Shown here piece by piece: positions 17,158 through 25,622 of a stretch of DNA of 32,000 nt. The notes beneath the pieces were generated by a model. That model worked only from the letters and a program-made list of their open reading frames with translations. It searched no databases and was not told where the DNA came from. This stretch comes from Ktedonobacterales bacterium (lineage in GTDB: Bacteria; Chloroflexota; Ktedonobacteria; Ktedonobacterales; JADMIN01), in the NCBI GenBank assembly GCA_030167145.1, contig CP126532.1:1830001-1862000 (forward strand). The letters run 5' to 3'. Position 1 is the stretch's first letter; every line of letters begins with the position of its first letter. A program made the position numbers and the translations under genes.

Positions 17158-18755
17158 ACCTGAACGAGTACCAGGACGCCTACCCACCTCGCGCCGCCCT
17201 GCCCGCTGGCGCGGAGGTGATGCGCGTCGCACCCAGCCCCACCGGAAGCCCCCACATCGGCACTGCCCTGCAAGCCATGATTGACCGCGCGGCGGCCAGC
17301 AATTCTGGCGGCGTCTTCATCCTGCGCATCGAAGATACCGACCGCAAGCGGCTCTTCCCCGGCGCTATCCAGGAGATCCTCGACGCGCTGAGCTGGCTCG
17401 GCGTCTCACCCGACGAGGGGCCAAACGTTGGCGGCGACTACGGCCCATACATCCAGAGCGAACGCCTGCCCATCTACCATGCGGCGGCGGACTGGCTGGT
17501 GGACCACGGCCATGCCTACCCCTGCTTCTGCACGCCGGAGCGGCTCGATGCCATGCGCCAGCAGCAGATCGCCGCGGGCAAACCGCCGATGTACGACCAG
17601 CTCTGCCGCGCGCTGCCAGCGGATGAGGTCGCCGCGCGACTAGCGGCGGGCGAGCCGTCCGTCATCCGGCTAGCAGTGCCGCCCAACACGCAGATTCGCT
17701 TCACCGATGTGCTGCGCGGCGAGATCGTCTTCGACTCCAACACCGTGGACGACCAGGTGCTGCTCAAGTCCGACGGCTTCCCCACCTACCATCTGGCGGT
17801 CGTGGTAGACGACCAGTTGATGCACGTCACCACCGAAGTGCGTGGCGAAGAGTGGATTTCATCCACCCCCAAGCACATCCTGCTCTACAGTGCCTTCGGC
17901 TGGCCCGTCCCGCGCATCGCCCACACCGCCCTGCTGCGCGACGCCGAGCGCCGCAAACTCTCCAAGCGCAGCGGCGACACCTCGCTCGCGTGGTTCCGCA
18001 CCCAGGGCTATCTGCCAGAGGGCCTGCTCAACTTCATGGCGCGCATCCTCTGGACCCATCCCGATGGCAAAGACATCTACTCCTTCGCCGAGTTTACGCA
18101 ACTGTTCAGCGTCACCGCGCTGCACAAAAGCGCGCCCGTCGCCAACATGGACCTGCTCGACTTCATCAACGGCCAGCACATCCGCCTGCTCGGCCCCGAC
18201 AGCCTCTACGACACCACCCGCGGCTGGCTGGCTTATCTGCTGGCCCAAGATGTGGAGGAAGCCGTCTTCGAGGTGGGCGCGAAGGGCGGCGAGCGCATCG
18301 CCCATGCCATTCCAGCGGCGGCGTTACGCGCCTTCGCGGCAGCCTTCACCCGCGACCCAGCCTACTCCCAGCGCGTGCTCTCCCTGGAGCCGGACCGCTA
18401 TAAGAAGCTGGGCGACATCGTGCTGCAGTGCCCCCTCTTCTACTCCGACCTCTTCACCCCGCCAGACGCCGCCGCCCTCGCGAAGCCCCTGGGCAGCGCG
18501 GCAGCCGCCCGCGCCGCGCTCGACACCTACATGGCGCGGTGGCACGCGAGCGACACTCACGAAGCCTGGGAGCAGTCCGTGCGCGCGCAGGCCGACGCCG
18601 CAGGCATCAAGCCTGGCAAGCTCTTCATGACGCTCCGCATCGCCCTCACCGCCTCCGAGCAGACTCCGCCGCTCTACGACGTGCTGGCGGTGCTGGGCGA
18701 GACCGAAGCGCGCCGCCGCCTCACCCTGGCCCGCGACGCCCTGGCCCAGGCGTGA
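17154..18755 (+). CDS. gltX: Glutamate--tRNA ligase
   Basis: HIGH motif PSPTGSPHIGTA, KMSKS motif KLSKRSG, and bacterial GluRS architecture. Confidence 0.96.
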   Translation: MNLNEYQDAYPPRAALPAGAEVMRVAPSPTGSPHIGTALQAMIDRAAASNSGGVFILRIEDTDRKRLFPGAIQEILDALSWLGVSPDEGPNVGGDYGPYIQSERLPIYHAAADWLVDHGHAYPCFCTPERLDAMRQQQIAAGKPPMYDQLCRALPADEVAARLAAGEPSVIRLAVPPNTQIRFTDVLRGEIVFDSNTVDDQVLLKSDGFPTYHLAVVVDDQLMHVTTEVRGEEWISSTPKHILLYSAFGWPVPRIAHTALLRDAERRKLSKRSGDTSLAWFRTQGYLPEGLLNFMARILWTHPDGKDIYSFAEFTQLFSVTALHKSAPVANMDLLDFINGQHIRLLGPDSLYDTTRGWLAYLLAQDVEEAVFEVGAKGGERIAHAIPAAALRAFAAAFTRDPAYSQRVLSLEPDRYKKLGDIVLQCPLFYSDLFTPPDAAALAKPLGSAAAARAALDTYMARWHASDTHEAWEQSVRAQADAAGIKPGKLFMTLRIALTASEQTPPLYDVLAVLGETEARRRLTLARDALAQA

Positions 18756-19333
18756 CCCCGCTGCTATGCTCCGATCCACGAATAGCCGGACGCATGGTAT
18801 GTGGCACATTGGTCATCCCCTTGGCATGCGGCGCGCGTATACGTTAGACTCTAGGTTGGGCTATGTGCAGGCTGCGGGCGGTGACCAATGGCCGAAATCG
18901 CGGCAGTCGCTCGCGGCGAACGTCGAAGCGTGGCATGCTTCATGGTATCCCGATGCTCGGTATACTCCTCTGTAGCAATCGCGGGAACTGACCAGGGAGG
19001 CCCCAGCACTGCGCGGTGTTGGGGCAATGCAGAGGATGCCCGTTGAGGATGGCAGGCTGGGTAGCCGGCCGCCCAGGAAACATGTGATCTACCCGGTCGC
19101 CCGTAGGGAAACGACGGTGTGCCCCGCGTGGCTGGCGCCGGATGGGAACTGCGAGAGCAGCAATTCTGCCTGGCGTTGAGAGTAACGCGGGGCAATATAC
19201 GTAATCCAAATGGCGTATTCGTGGCGCGGGGCATCACACGCCGCCCCGCCGAGTCGCGGAGCGCAGACATACTTGGCCATAGCAGCCAGTTCTCGCCGCT
19301 TGCGCGTGCCGAGAGACGAAAGGGGAGAGCCGC

Positions 19334-21577
19334 GTGGAGAAGAAACACCAGCCGCGTCCCTTGCTGTCGCTGGTTGTCCCAACGCGGAACGAGCGTGAGA
19401 ATGTCTCCCGGCTGGTGGCACGTGTGGCCCGGGCAATGGGCGTCATAGACTACGAAATCCTCTTTGTGGATGACAGCGACGACGATACACCCGACTATAT
19501 CGCGCGCGCGATGGCCGCTGACCCCTGCGTGCGCATGCTCCACCGCGACGGCAAAGAGCGCGCGGGCGGCCTCTCCACTGCCGTCGTCTCCGGCATTCGC
19601 CAGGCCCGCGGCGCCTTCATCGGCGTGATTGATGGCGATTTGCAGCATCCCCCCGAACTCCTGCGCGATATGCTCACCGCCGCCGAAGACGCCGACATCG
19701 TCGTCGCCAGCCGCTATCTCCCCGGCGGCAGCAGCGCCGGACTCGACGGCCTCTACCGGCAGGCCGTCTCGCGTGGCAGCAAATTCGCCGCTCAGGCGCT
19801 CTTCGCGCGCGTGCGCGCCTGCACCGACCCGATGAGCGGCTTCTTCCTCTTCCGCCGCGCCGTCGTCGAGGATGTCGAACTGCATCCCGCAGGCTTCAAG
19901 ATACTGCTGGAGATTCTGGTGCGCGGCACGTGGTCGCGCCTCACCGAGATTCCCTTCGCCTTCCAGGACCGCGAGACCGGCCAGAGCAAGGCCAGCGCCG
20001 AGCAGGGCGTCGAATACGTGAAGCACCTGGCCGACCTGCGCTTCCTTGGCAAGCGCGGCCACGGCGCTGTGCGCTATCGCACCCCGCGCGTACCCCCCGG
20101 ACCCGATGACCCCCAGCCGCTGGACGACGACCTGCCCGAAGACCCAGAGATTGCCGGGCGCAGGCGGCGGCGCATGCTGTGGAGCGTGGGCCTGCTGGCG
20201 CTCGCCCTGCGCATCGTATTGCTGCCCATCGGCCACTGGTGGGATCTCACCGTAGACTACAACGTCTTCATTGACCTGATCCATAACCACTCGCCCTACG
20301 ACACCATGGGCTACCTCTCGCACATTGCCCGCGCCGCTGGCTGGGATAGCAACTACGAATATTACGCCTATCCGCCGGTGCCGCTCTATATCTACTTCCC
20401 GCTGGCCAAGCTCTACGGGCTGCTGCATCCAGGCGCAACGTACTTCATTCCGGTCTCCGGCTCGTTCGCCATGCCCAATCTGCCGCTCGACTTCTATTTC
20501 CTGCTCAAATTCCCCATCTGGATCGCCGATTTCCTGATCGCCGCGTTCCTCGCGCGGATGTCTGGCACGGTGCGCGGCTGGCGCGATTATCTGCTCAACC
20601 CCTATGTGCTGCTGGTCAGCGGCGCGTGGACCTTCGACGCGGTGATGGTGCTGGGGCTGGTCGCGGGCGCGTACTACCTGCAGAAGGGCAAGATGACCCG
20701 CGCCGGGGTGGCGCTGGCCTTCGGCACGATGGTCAAGTTCGTGCCCGCCCTCGCCGTGCCCACCTTCGCGCTCTATCTCATCAAGAAGAAGCGGCCGGTG
20801 CGCGAACTGGTCATCTTCCTCGCCGCCTATGGCATCGCCTGCCTGGTGCTGCTTGGCCCATTCCTGCAAGGGTTGCTCTACGTCGTCGGCTTCCACGGCA
20901 ATCGTGTCGGCGGCGGCATGAACTGGGAGATGTTCTGGCGGCTGGGCCTGTTCTTCCCGCCGAACACCCACCTCGATCCCATGTCGCTGGCGATTGGCGC
21001 ATTCGGCACGCCCACCCTGTTGATCGTGCTGCTCATCGCGTACTGGTACATGTTTACCGCCCGCGAGATGCGCTTCAACCGCATGATACTGGTGACACTG
21101 CTGGCCTTCTTCATCGGCTCGAAGCTGGTGAACGAGCAGTACGCGCTGATCGCGCTGCCCTTCGCCTTCCTTGAGGCGCGGCAGGTCGGCGGCGCGTGGC
21201 GCTGGCTGGCGCGGCTGCTGTGGATTGTGCCGCTGGCCTTCGCCGTGGTGCGCGTGCCGCTGGATCGCTTCCTGTGGCTCTTCTACCACACCTTCATGGG
21301 GTCGCGCGCCGATAGCATCGCCGTCACCGGCAAGACCGGACTCGAATGGCCCTTCCTGCCCTGGTACAACGGCTACCAGCAACAAGCTTTCATCCTGATC
21401 CTGGGCATCGGCTTCACGGTGCTCTGCATTGTGGCCTTCGTCTGGCCGGTGCGCCGTGCGCGCAAGCTCTGGCGCTACCAGTTGCCGCCGCAGCCTTCGC
21501 CCGCCATCGCCGCCGCGCTGGCCGAGGCCACAGACAGCGACGCCACACCACATCGCGAGGTCGCCTTTCAGCATTAA
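19334..21577 (+). CDS. Fusion protein: N-terminal GT2 polyprenol-phosphate sugar synthase (Dpm1/Ppm1-like) plus C-terminal multi-TM GT-C-like (DUF2029/GT87-like) domain
   Basis: GAAAGGGGAGAG precedes GTG 19334. GT2 motifs: LSLVVPTRNE, ILFVDDSDDDT, IDGDLQHPP. From about aa 281 (nt about 20174) there are roughly 11 or more hydrophobic helices, with WDLTVDYNVF and YAYPPVPLYIY loop motifs reminiscent of polyprenol-P-mannose-dependent GT-C enzymes. Confidence 0.85.
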   Translation: MEKKHQPRPLLSLVVPTRNERENVSRLVARVARAMGVIDYEILFVDDSDDDTPDYIARAMAADPCVRMLHRDGKERAGGLSTAVVSGIRQARGAFIGVIDGDLQHPPELLRDMLTAAEDADIVVASRYLPGGSSAGLDGLYRQAVSRGSKFAAQALFARVRACTDPMSGFFLFRRAVVEDVELHPAGFKILLEILVRGTWSRLTEIPFAFQDRETGQSKASAEQGVEYVKHLADLRFLGKRGHGAVRYRTPRVPPGPDDPQPLDDDLPEDPEIAGRRRRRMLWSVGLLALALRIVLLPIGHWWDLTVDYNVFIDLIHNHSPYDTMGYLSHIARAAGWDSNYEYYAYPPVPLYIYFPLAKLYGLLHPGATYFIPVSGSFAMPNLPLDFYFLLKFPIWIADFLIAAFLARMSGTVRGWRDYLLNPYVLLVSGAWTFDAVMVLGLVAGAYYLQKGKMTRAGVALAFGTMVKFVPALAVPTFALYLIKKKRPVRELVIFLAAYGIACLVLLGPFLQGLLYVVGFHGNRVGGGMNWEMFWRLGLFFPPNTHLDPMSLAIGAFGTPTLLIVLLIAYWYMFTAREMRFNRMILVTLLAFFIGSKLVNEQYALIALPFAFLEARQVGGAWRWLARLLWIVPLAFAVVRVPLDRFLWLFYHTFMGSRADSIAVTGKTGLEWPFLPWYNGYQQQAFILILGIGFTVLCIVAFVWPVRRARKLWRYQLPPQPSPAIAAALAEATDSDATPHREVAFQH

Positions 21578-21588
21578 CAACTCCGGGC

Positions 21589-21693
21589 AAGGCGGGCATT
21601 CCTGTCTGCCTCTGTGCCAAATGCCAATACGCCGCGACAGCGGCGCGCTCGTGGCCCTGGGCCACTGTAGGGGCGAGGCGGGCCTCGCCCGTC
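21589..21693. repeat. Family D element (21589-21610) plus family C element (21667-21693) in the GT / downstream-gene spacer
   Basis: The sequences are AAGGCGGGCATTCCTGTCTGCC and GTAGGGGCGAGGCGGGCCTCGCCCGTC. Confidence 0.8.
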
Positions 21694-21746
21694 GCGCGGA
21701 TTCGACCGCCCGCAGATGATAAGATAGCGACATTTCAGGCAACACC

Positions 21747-22661
21747 ATGATAGACACACAACAAACCAGTAATCCTGGCAAAACGACCAGACCCGGCAAG
21801 ACCGGCATCCGGCCCAATATCCTGCTCAACCGCTTCGTCACCCGCTTCATCACGCCGGTGGTGCTGCTGGCCGGACTGCTGATCCTTGCCTTCTTCAACT
21901 TCAAGGGCGTGCTCGATACCACCACCACGCAAGACAACCTGTTCCGTGGCGAGAAAGCCTATAGCATCGGCGCGCTCCAATCTACCTATGAAGAGCTAAC
22001 CGGCACGGATCGCCCGGCCATCAGCTACAACGGCTTGAACGTCCTCAGCTACGTGGATTGGAGTTCGACCATCTCTGTTGATGGCCACGTCGTCAACCTC
22101 TGGGACAATCAGCACGGCTACGACTATGACCGCAAGAACCCCAATGACAAGCAGTTCTTTTCCACCTCCACCGGCCCAAGCTGGCAATTGGTGCAGGTCG
22201 TTACCGTCGTAGACGCGCACACCGTCACGGTGCAGTACGATCTCGTCGCCCGCGCTGTGGGCAAGGCCGTGCCGCATCACGTGGAGCTGAGCATCGTGCA
22301 TTCGCATGCGTCGTGGTATCAGCCGACCGTGCAGAACAACACCACTTTCACGGCAGGTGTGCTGCCTGGCTATCTGCAGAATGCCATCACCGCACATCCG
22401 CCGCAGCCCGCTGGCTACGTCACGGTGTCGCTGGCTGGCCCAGCGCTGGCCGACGCGCCGATCACCATTGACAACATGCGCGGCGGCGTTGGCCCCGGCG
22501 GCGACATCCAAACCCTGGCCGACTCCTTCACCACCAACTACGTGATAGACAACCCGCAAATCAACCGGCTGACACCGCTCGGCGTCGAGACCATCACCTT
22601 CTCCGCCGCCCAATCGCCCATTGGCGCACCCGTCGTCTCACCCACCCCCATCAGCATCTAA
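21747..22661 (+). CDS. Membrane-anchored (signal-anchor) extracytoplasmic protein of unknown function
   Basis: The N-terminus carries one TM helix (FITPVVLLAGLLILAFF) and the remainder is hydrophilic and beta-rich looking. I recognise no motif. Codon bias is consistent with coding. Confidence 0.65.
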   Translation: MIDTQQTSNPGKTTRPGKTGIRPNILLNRFVTRFITPVVLLAGLLILAFFNFKGVLDTTTTQDNLFRGEKAYSIGALQSTYEELTGTDRPAISYNGLNVLSYVDWSSTISVDGHVVNLWDNQHGYDYDRKNPNDKQFFSTSTGPSWQLVQVVTVVDAHTVTVQYDLVARAVGKAVPHHVELSIVHSHASWYQPTVQNNTTFTAGVLPGYLQNAITAHPPQPAGYVTVSLAGPALADAPITIDNMRGGVGPGGDIQTLADSFTTNYVIDNPQINRLTPLGVETITFSAAQSPIGAPVVSPTPISI

Positions 22662-22666
22662 CCCAG

Positions 22667-22754
22667 GTGGGGCGGACATTCTTGTCTGCCTCCTGGCTGG
22701 GCCGACAGACACGAATGTCTGTCCTACCAGTGGGGCGGACATTCCTGTCTGCCC
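22667..22754. repeat. Three tandem family D hairpins between convergent genes
   Basis: GTGGGGCGGACATTCTTGTCTGCC (22667-22690), GGCCGACAGACACGAATGTCTGTCC (22700-22725) and GTGGGGCGGACATTCCTGTCTGCCC (22730-22754). They may act as bidirectional terminators. Confidence 0.8.
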
Positions 22755-22771
22755 TCATCCTTACACCTCCC

Positions 22772-23884
22772 TCACATGAGCCGCCCCACGCTATCGCCTG
22801 CATACTTACGCATCAGGCGGTCGGTGTACTGGCTGTAGGTCTCGGCCAGCGCGGGTGAGGCGATCACCAGGATGTTTTCGGCGTTCATCTCGGCGCTATT
22901 CGAGAAGTTGTAGGAGCCGGTGATGACGGTATCATCCACCACCATCACCTTGTTGTGCATGAAGTCATGTGTGCTCTCCGGGCTGTAGGGGGTCGAGTTC
23001 TTGCCCACCAGCCGGGCGTCGCGCACGATCTCTTCGACAGCGCTGATTTTCCAGGTGTTGTGCGGCACATCGCCCCACTGGCGCACCACCGACTGCATCT
23101 GTGTGCGGTCGTAGATGCCGCTGACCTGCGCCCGCCCCGCTTGCATCACATGCTGCAAGGCGTTGATGAAGTGGCCGGAGTTGAGCAGCATGCTGCAGAC
23201 GCGCACCCGCCGCTGCGCCGACGCGACGATGCGCGCCACCTCCGCGTCAATCTCCACGCCGCGCCCTGGCGAGAAGTGAACCAGCGTATCAGCCGTTGCG
23301 CCGCCAAAGCGCAGCGCCACAGGCTGTGTGTCGAACGCGCCGCTGACGCCGATCTCGCCCGTGTTCCACAGGTCGGTGAAGTCGTGGGAGTAGTAGGCGG
23401 CTAACGCTGGCGAGACGATGGAGACGATGTTGTTCTCCATGATCTCCCAGGCGTCATCGGTGAAGTTGGTCGAGCCGGTCCAGACGGCGGCGCTGGGCTG
23501 CCCGGCGTCCCTCACCACATATTTGTTGTGCATCAGCTTCAGGCCACCGATGCGGCGGAAGGGATAGCCGAGCGCGCGCACATACTGCTCCGTTCCCTGC
23601 GGGGCGGGGTCCATGCCAGCGGCAAGTTGGGGCACTTCGGGTTTGTCGCCGTCGAAGGCGATGCGGATAGTGACGCCCGCGTGTGCCCGCTCGCCCAGCG
23701 CATCGGCGACGATGGCGAAGAGTGGATCGCTGAGGCGGAAGTCGTAGAGCGCGAAATCGAGGCTGTGCTCTGCGGCGGCGATGAACGCCGCCAGCCGCTG
23801 CGCCACGTCGGTGGCGTGCTGCTCGTCCTGCGCCAGAAAGTATGGGGTGAGGGTATCGCCGTCCCGCGGCGCGAATGCGTTCAT
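22772..23884 (-). CDS. Phospholipase D superfamily protein with two HKD motifs (Nuc-like PLDc_2 type), cytoplasmic
   Basis: The two motifs are LMHNKYVVRD..GSTNFT and FMHNKVMVVDD..GSYNFS. No signal peptide or TM helix. The ATG overlaps the LOG stop (ATGA at 23881-23884). Confidence 0.9.
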   Translation of the reverse strand: MNAFAPRDGDTLTPYFLAQDEQHATDVAQRLAAFIAAAEHSLDFALYDFRLSDPLFAIVADALGERAHAGVTIRIAFDGDKPEVPQLAAGMDPAPQGTEQYVRALGYPFRRIGGLKLMHNKYVVRDAGQPSAAVWTGSTNFTDDAWEIMENNIVSIVSPALAAYYSHDFTDLWNTGEIGVSGAFDTQPVALRFGGATADTLVHFSPGRGVEIDAEVARIVASAQRRVRVCSMLLNSGHFINALQHVMQAGRAQVSGIYDRTQMQSVVRQWGDVPHNTWKISAVEEIVRDARLVGKNSTPYSPESTHDFMHNKVMVVDDTVITGSYNFSNSAEMNAENILVIASPALAETYSQYTDRLMRKYAGDSVGRLM

Positions 23885-24666
23885 TGTTCGGTCCCGGCCA
23901 TGTGGCGGGTGGCTTGGCCCATCTTCTCTTCGACGGTGGGCTGCGCCCGTCCGGTGGCGGCGATGCGCGCCGCTACCTGCTGCTCCACGCCGGTTTCGAT
24001 CACCCGCAGCACCTCATCGAGGTCATCGGTGAGCGTCCAGATATCCAGGTCGGAGGGGGCGACGGTGCGGTAGCGCATCGCCAGGGTGTCGCGCATCCAG
24101 TGCGCCAGCGGCTCCCAGAAGTCGCGGCCCACCATGATGATCGGCGCCTGGTGGTCGAGTTTGCCGGTCTGCACGAGGGTGAGCAGTTCGAAGAATTCGT
24201 CCAGGGTGCCATACCCGCCAGGGAAGAAGACATAGGCGTCGGCGGAGAAATCGAGCATTACTTTGCGGCTGAAGAAGTAGTGCAGGCTGGTGGAGCGGGT
24301 GACATACGGATTGATGCGCTGCTCGTGGGGAAGCTGGATATTGATGCCGACGGAATCGCCCTGCCCCTCATACGCGCCCTGGTTGGCGGCCTGCATGATG
24401 CCGGGTCCGCCGCCGGTGACGACGGTGCAGCCCTGCTTGGCGAGCCGGAAACCGAGTTGCCGCGCGAGCTGATAGGACGGGTGGGTTTCAGGCAGACGCG
24501 CGGAGCCAAAGATGGTGACGCTGCGCTGCATGTGCGCGATGAAGGTGAAGCCTTCGACGAATTCGCTCATGATGCGAAAGATGCGCCATGATGGGCTATG
24601 CTCGAAGTCGGGGAAGCCGTCGAAGCGGCTCGGCTCCGGCGTTGGCGTATCTGAAGCGTGCGACAT
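23881..24666 (-). CDS. LOG family protein (TIGR00730-type nucleotide 5'-monophosphate phosphoribohydrolase)
   Basis: Motifs: SVTIFGSAR, VVTGGGPGIMQAAN, FFPGGYGTLDEFFE. GAGGAT precedes ATG 24666, and this RBS lies within a duplicated TATCCTCAC 9-mer. Confidence 0.9.
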   Translation of the reverse strand: MSHASDTPTPEPSRFDGFPDFEHSPSWRIFRIMSEFVEGFTFIAHMQRSVTIFGSARLPETHPSYQLARQLGFRLAKQGCTVVTGGGPGIMQAANQGAYEGQGDSVGINIQLPHEQRINPYVTRSTSLHYFFSRKVMLDFSADAYVFFPGGYGTLDEFFELLTLVQTGKLDHQAPIIMVGRDFWEPLAHWMRDTLAMRYRTVAPSDLDIWTLTDDLDEVLRVIETGVEQQVAARIAATGRAQPTVEEKMGQATRHMAGTEQ

Positions 24667-25622
24667 ACGATATCCTCACTATCCTCACTTCTGGCGGAGA
24701 TGCTCGCCAGCGGCGGGCGGACATTATCTGGATGGTAGCACAATGAGGCGGGCGGTTGAAACCGCGCCACGGGCGCCCTCCTCGGAACGGCTCGGAGGGA
24801 CTTCGCTCCGCTCGTCCACCGGACGCCCCTACGGATGGCCTACGGCCGCAAAACCCGCCTACGCGGGTTGGGGAGATTTTTTCGCCATTTTCGCTGCGAT
24901 TTCTGCCGCTCTCGGCCATCAGTGGCTGAAATGGCCGATTGTGCGGTGCGTATGGGGTGATGTGACGGGAGATGGCTGGAAGTGACGGGATAATTTTCGC
25001 CGTTTTCGCCGCAATTTCGCAGATGAGGCAGTTGCCGATTCTGCCGATTTGGCAATGTGTGCATGATGGCAGTTGCCGATTCTGCCGATTTTTCGATTTG
25101 CGCGGTGGGTGGGCGGGGGAGTAAAGCGAGAACGCGGCATGAATGCCGGAGGTAATCTCGGATGGGAGATGCGCGGAGGGCGGGCTGGGTGGCGTAGGAA
25201 GCTCGTGGCCTGAAGAGCCACGGGTAATCTTGTGCGAGGGATAGCGGTGATAGTGGCGATGGGTGATAACACAGGCTCGCGGCATGAATGCCACGGGTAA
25301 TCCTAGTTGCAAGCAGTGGCCGCACTGGCCGCGCTGGTAGACTAGAATGTCCGCCCCACCAGTGGCCGATGGGGACGATGTTCCACGGATCTCGGCCATA
25401 CATGGCGGGAGCACAGGCGCGGGGGCTGCCCGCCTCTGCCATAGATGGCCGGAGCACAGGCGAAAGGGCATGAATGCCAGATGGAGTGGCCGAAGTGGCT
25501 GAAGTGGCTGAAGTGGCCGATTGCGGATATTCGGTTGGGAAGGTGCGGGGTGGGTTGGCGGGGAGGATGGTCGCGCGACTGAGGAGGGCGCACGCCGCAC
25601 CACGGGCGTCCACCGGACGCCC
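24667..25622. repeat. Non-coding repeat mosaic 1 (families A, B, C, D, E plus micro-tandem arrays)
   Basis: Contents: E4 (24748-24872, minus orientation); GGCAGTTGCCGATTCTGCCGATTT twice (25027-25050 and 25068-25091); three units of about 70 bp carrying a GGCATGAATGCC-type hairpin (cores at 25137, 25281 and 25467, with a variant at about 25209); GGCCAT-N-ATGGC elements (25394 and 25438); AGTGGC(C/T)GA four times (25485-25520); family C copies at 24806-24832 and 25604-25626. Confidence 0.9.

Noticed and set aside
18756-19333. A known riboswitch class (cobalamin, TPP, SAM, ZTP, c-di-AMP), RNase P RNA, SRP RNA or tmRNA in the long gltX-GT spacer.
   Set aside because: I could not find the conserved core strings I remember for any of these. 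Only generic hairpins are present, and the question needs cmscan to settle.
18851-21937. 1028-aa ORF on the minus strand, the longest ORF in the track.
   Set aside because: It lies antisense to the well-supported GT2::GT-C gene. Its translation is low-complexity (runs of R, G, A, H, E, Q) with no motifs. This is a typical shadow ORF of a GC-rich gene with C3 bias.
25100-25480. Possible CRISPR array, because GGCATGAATGCC-containing hairpin units recur at roughly 70-100 bp spacing. The same pattern occurs at 26999-27367.
   Set aside because: The spacers are themselves repeated words, the unit lengths are irregular, the conserved core is only about 12-20 bp, one copy is inverted, and no cas genes are in the window.
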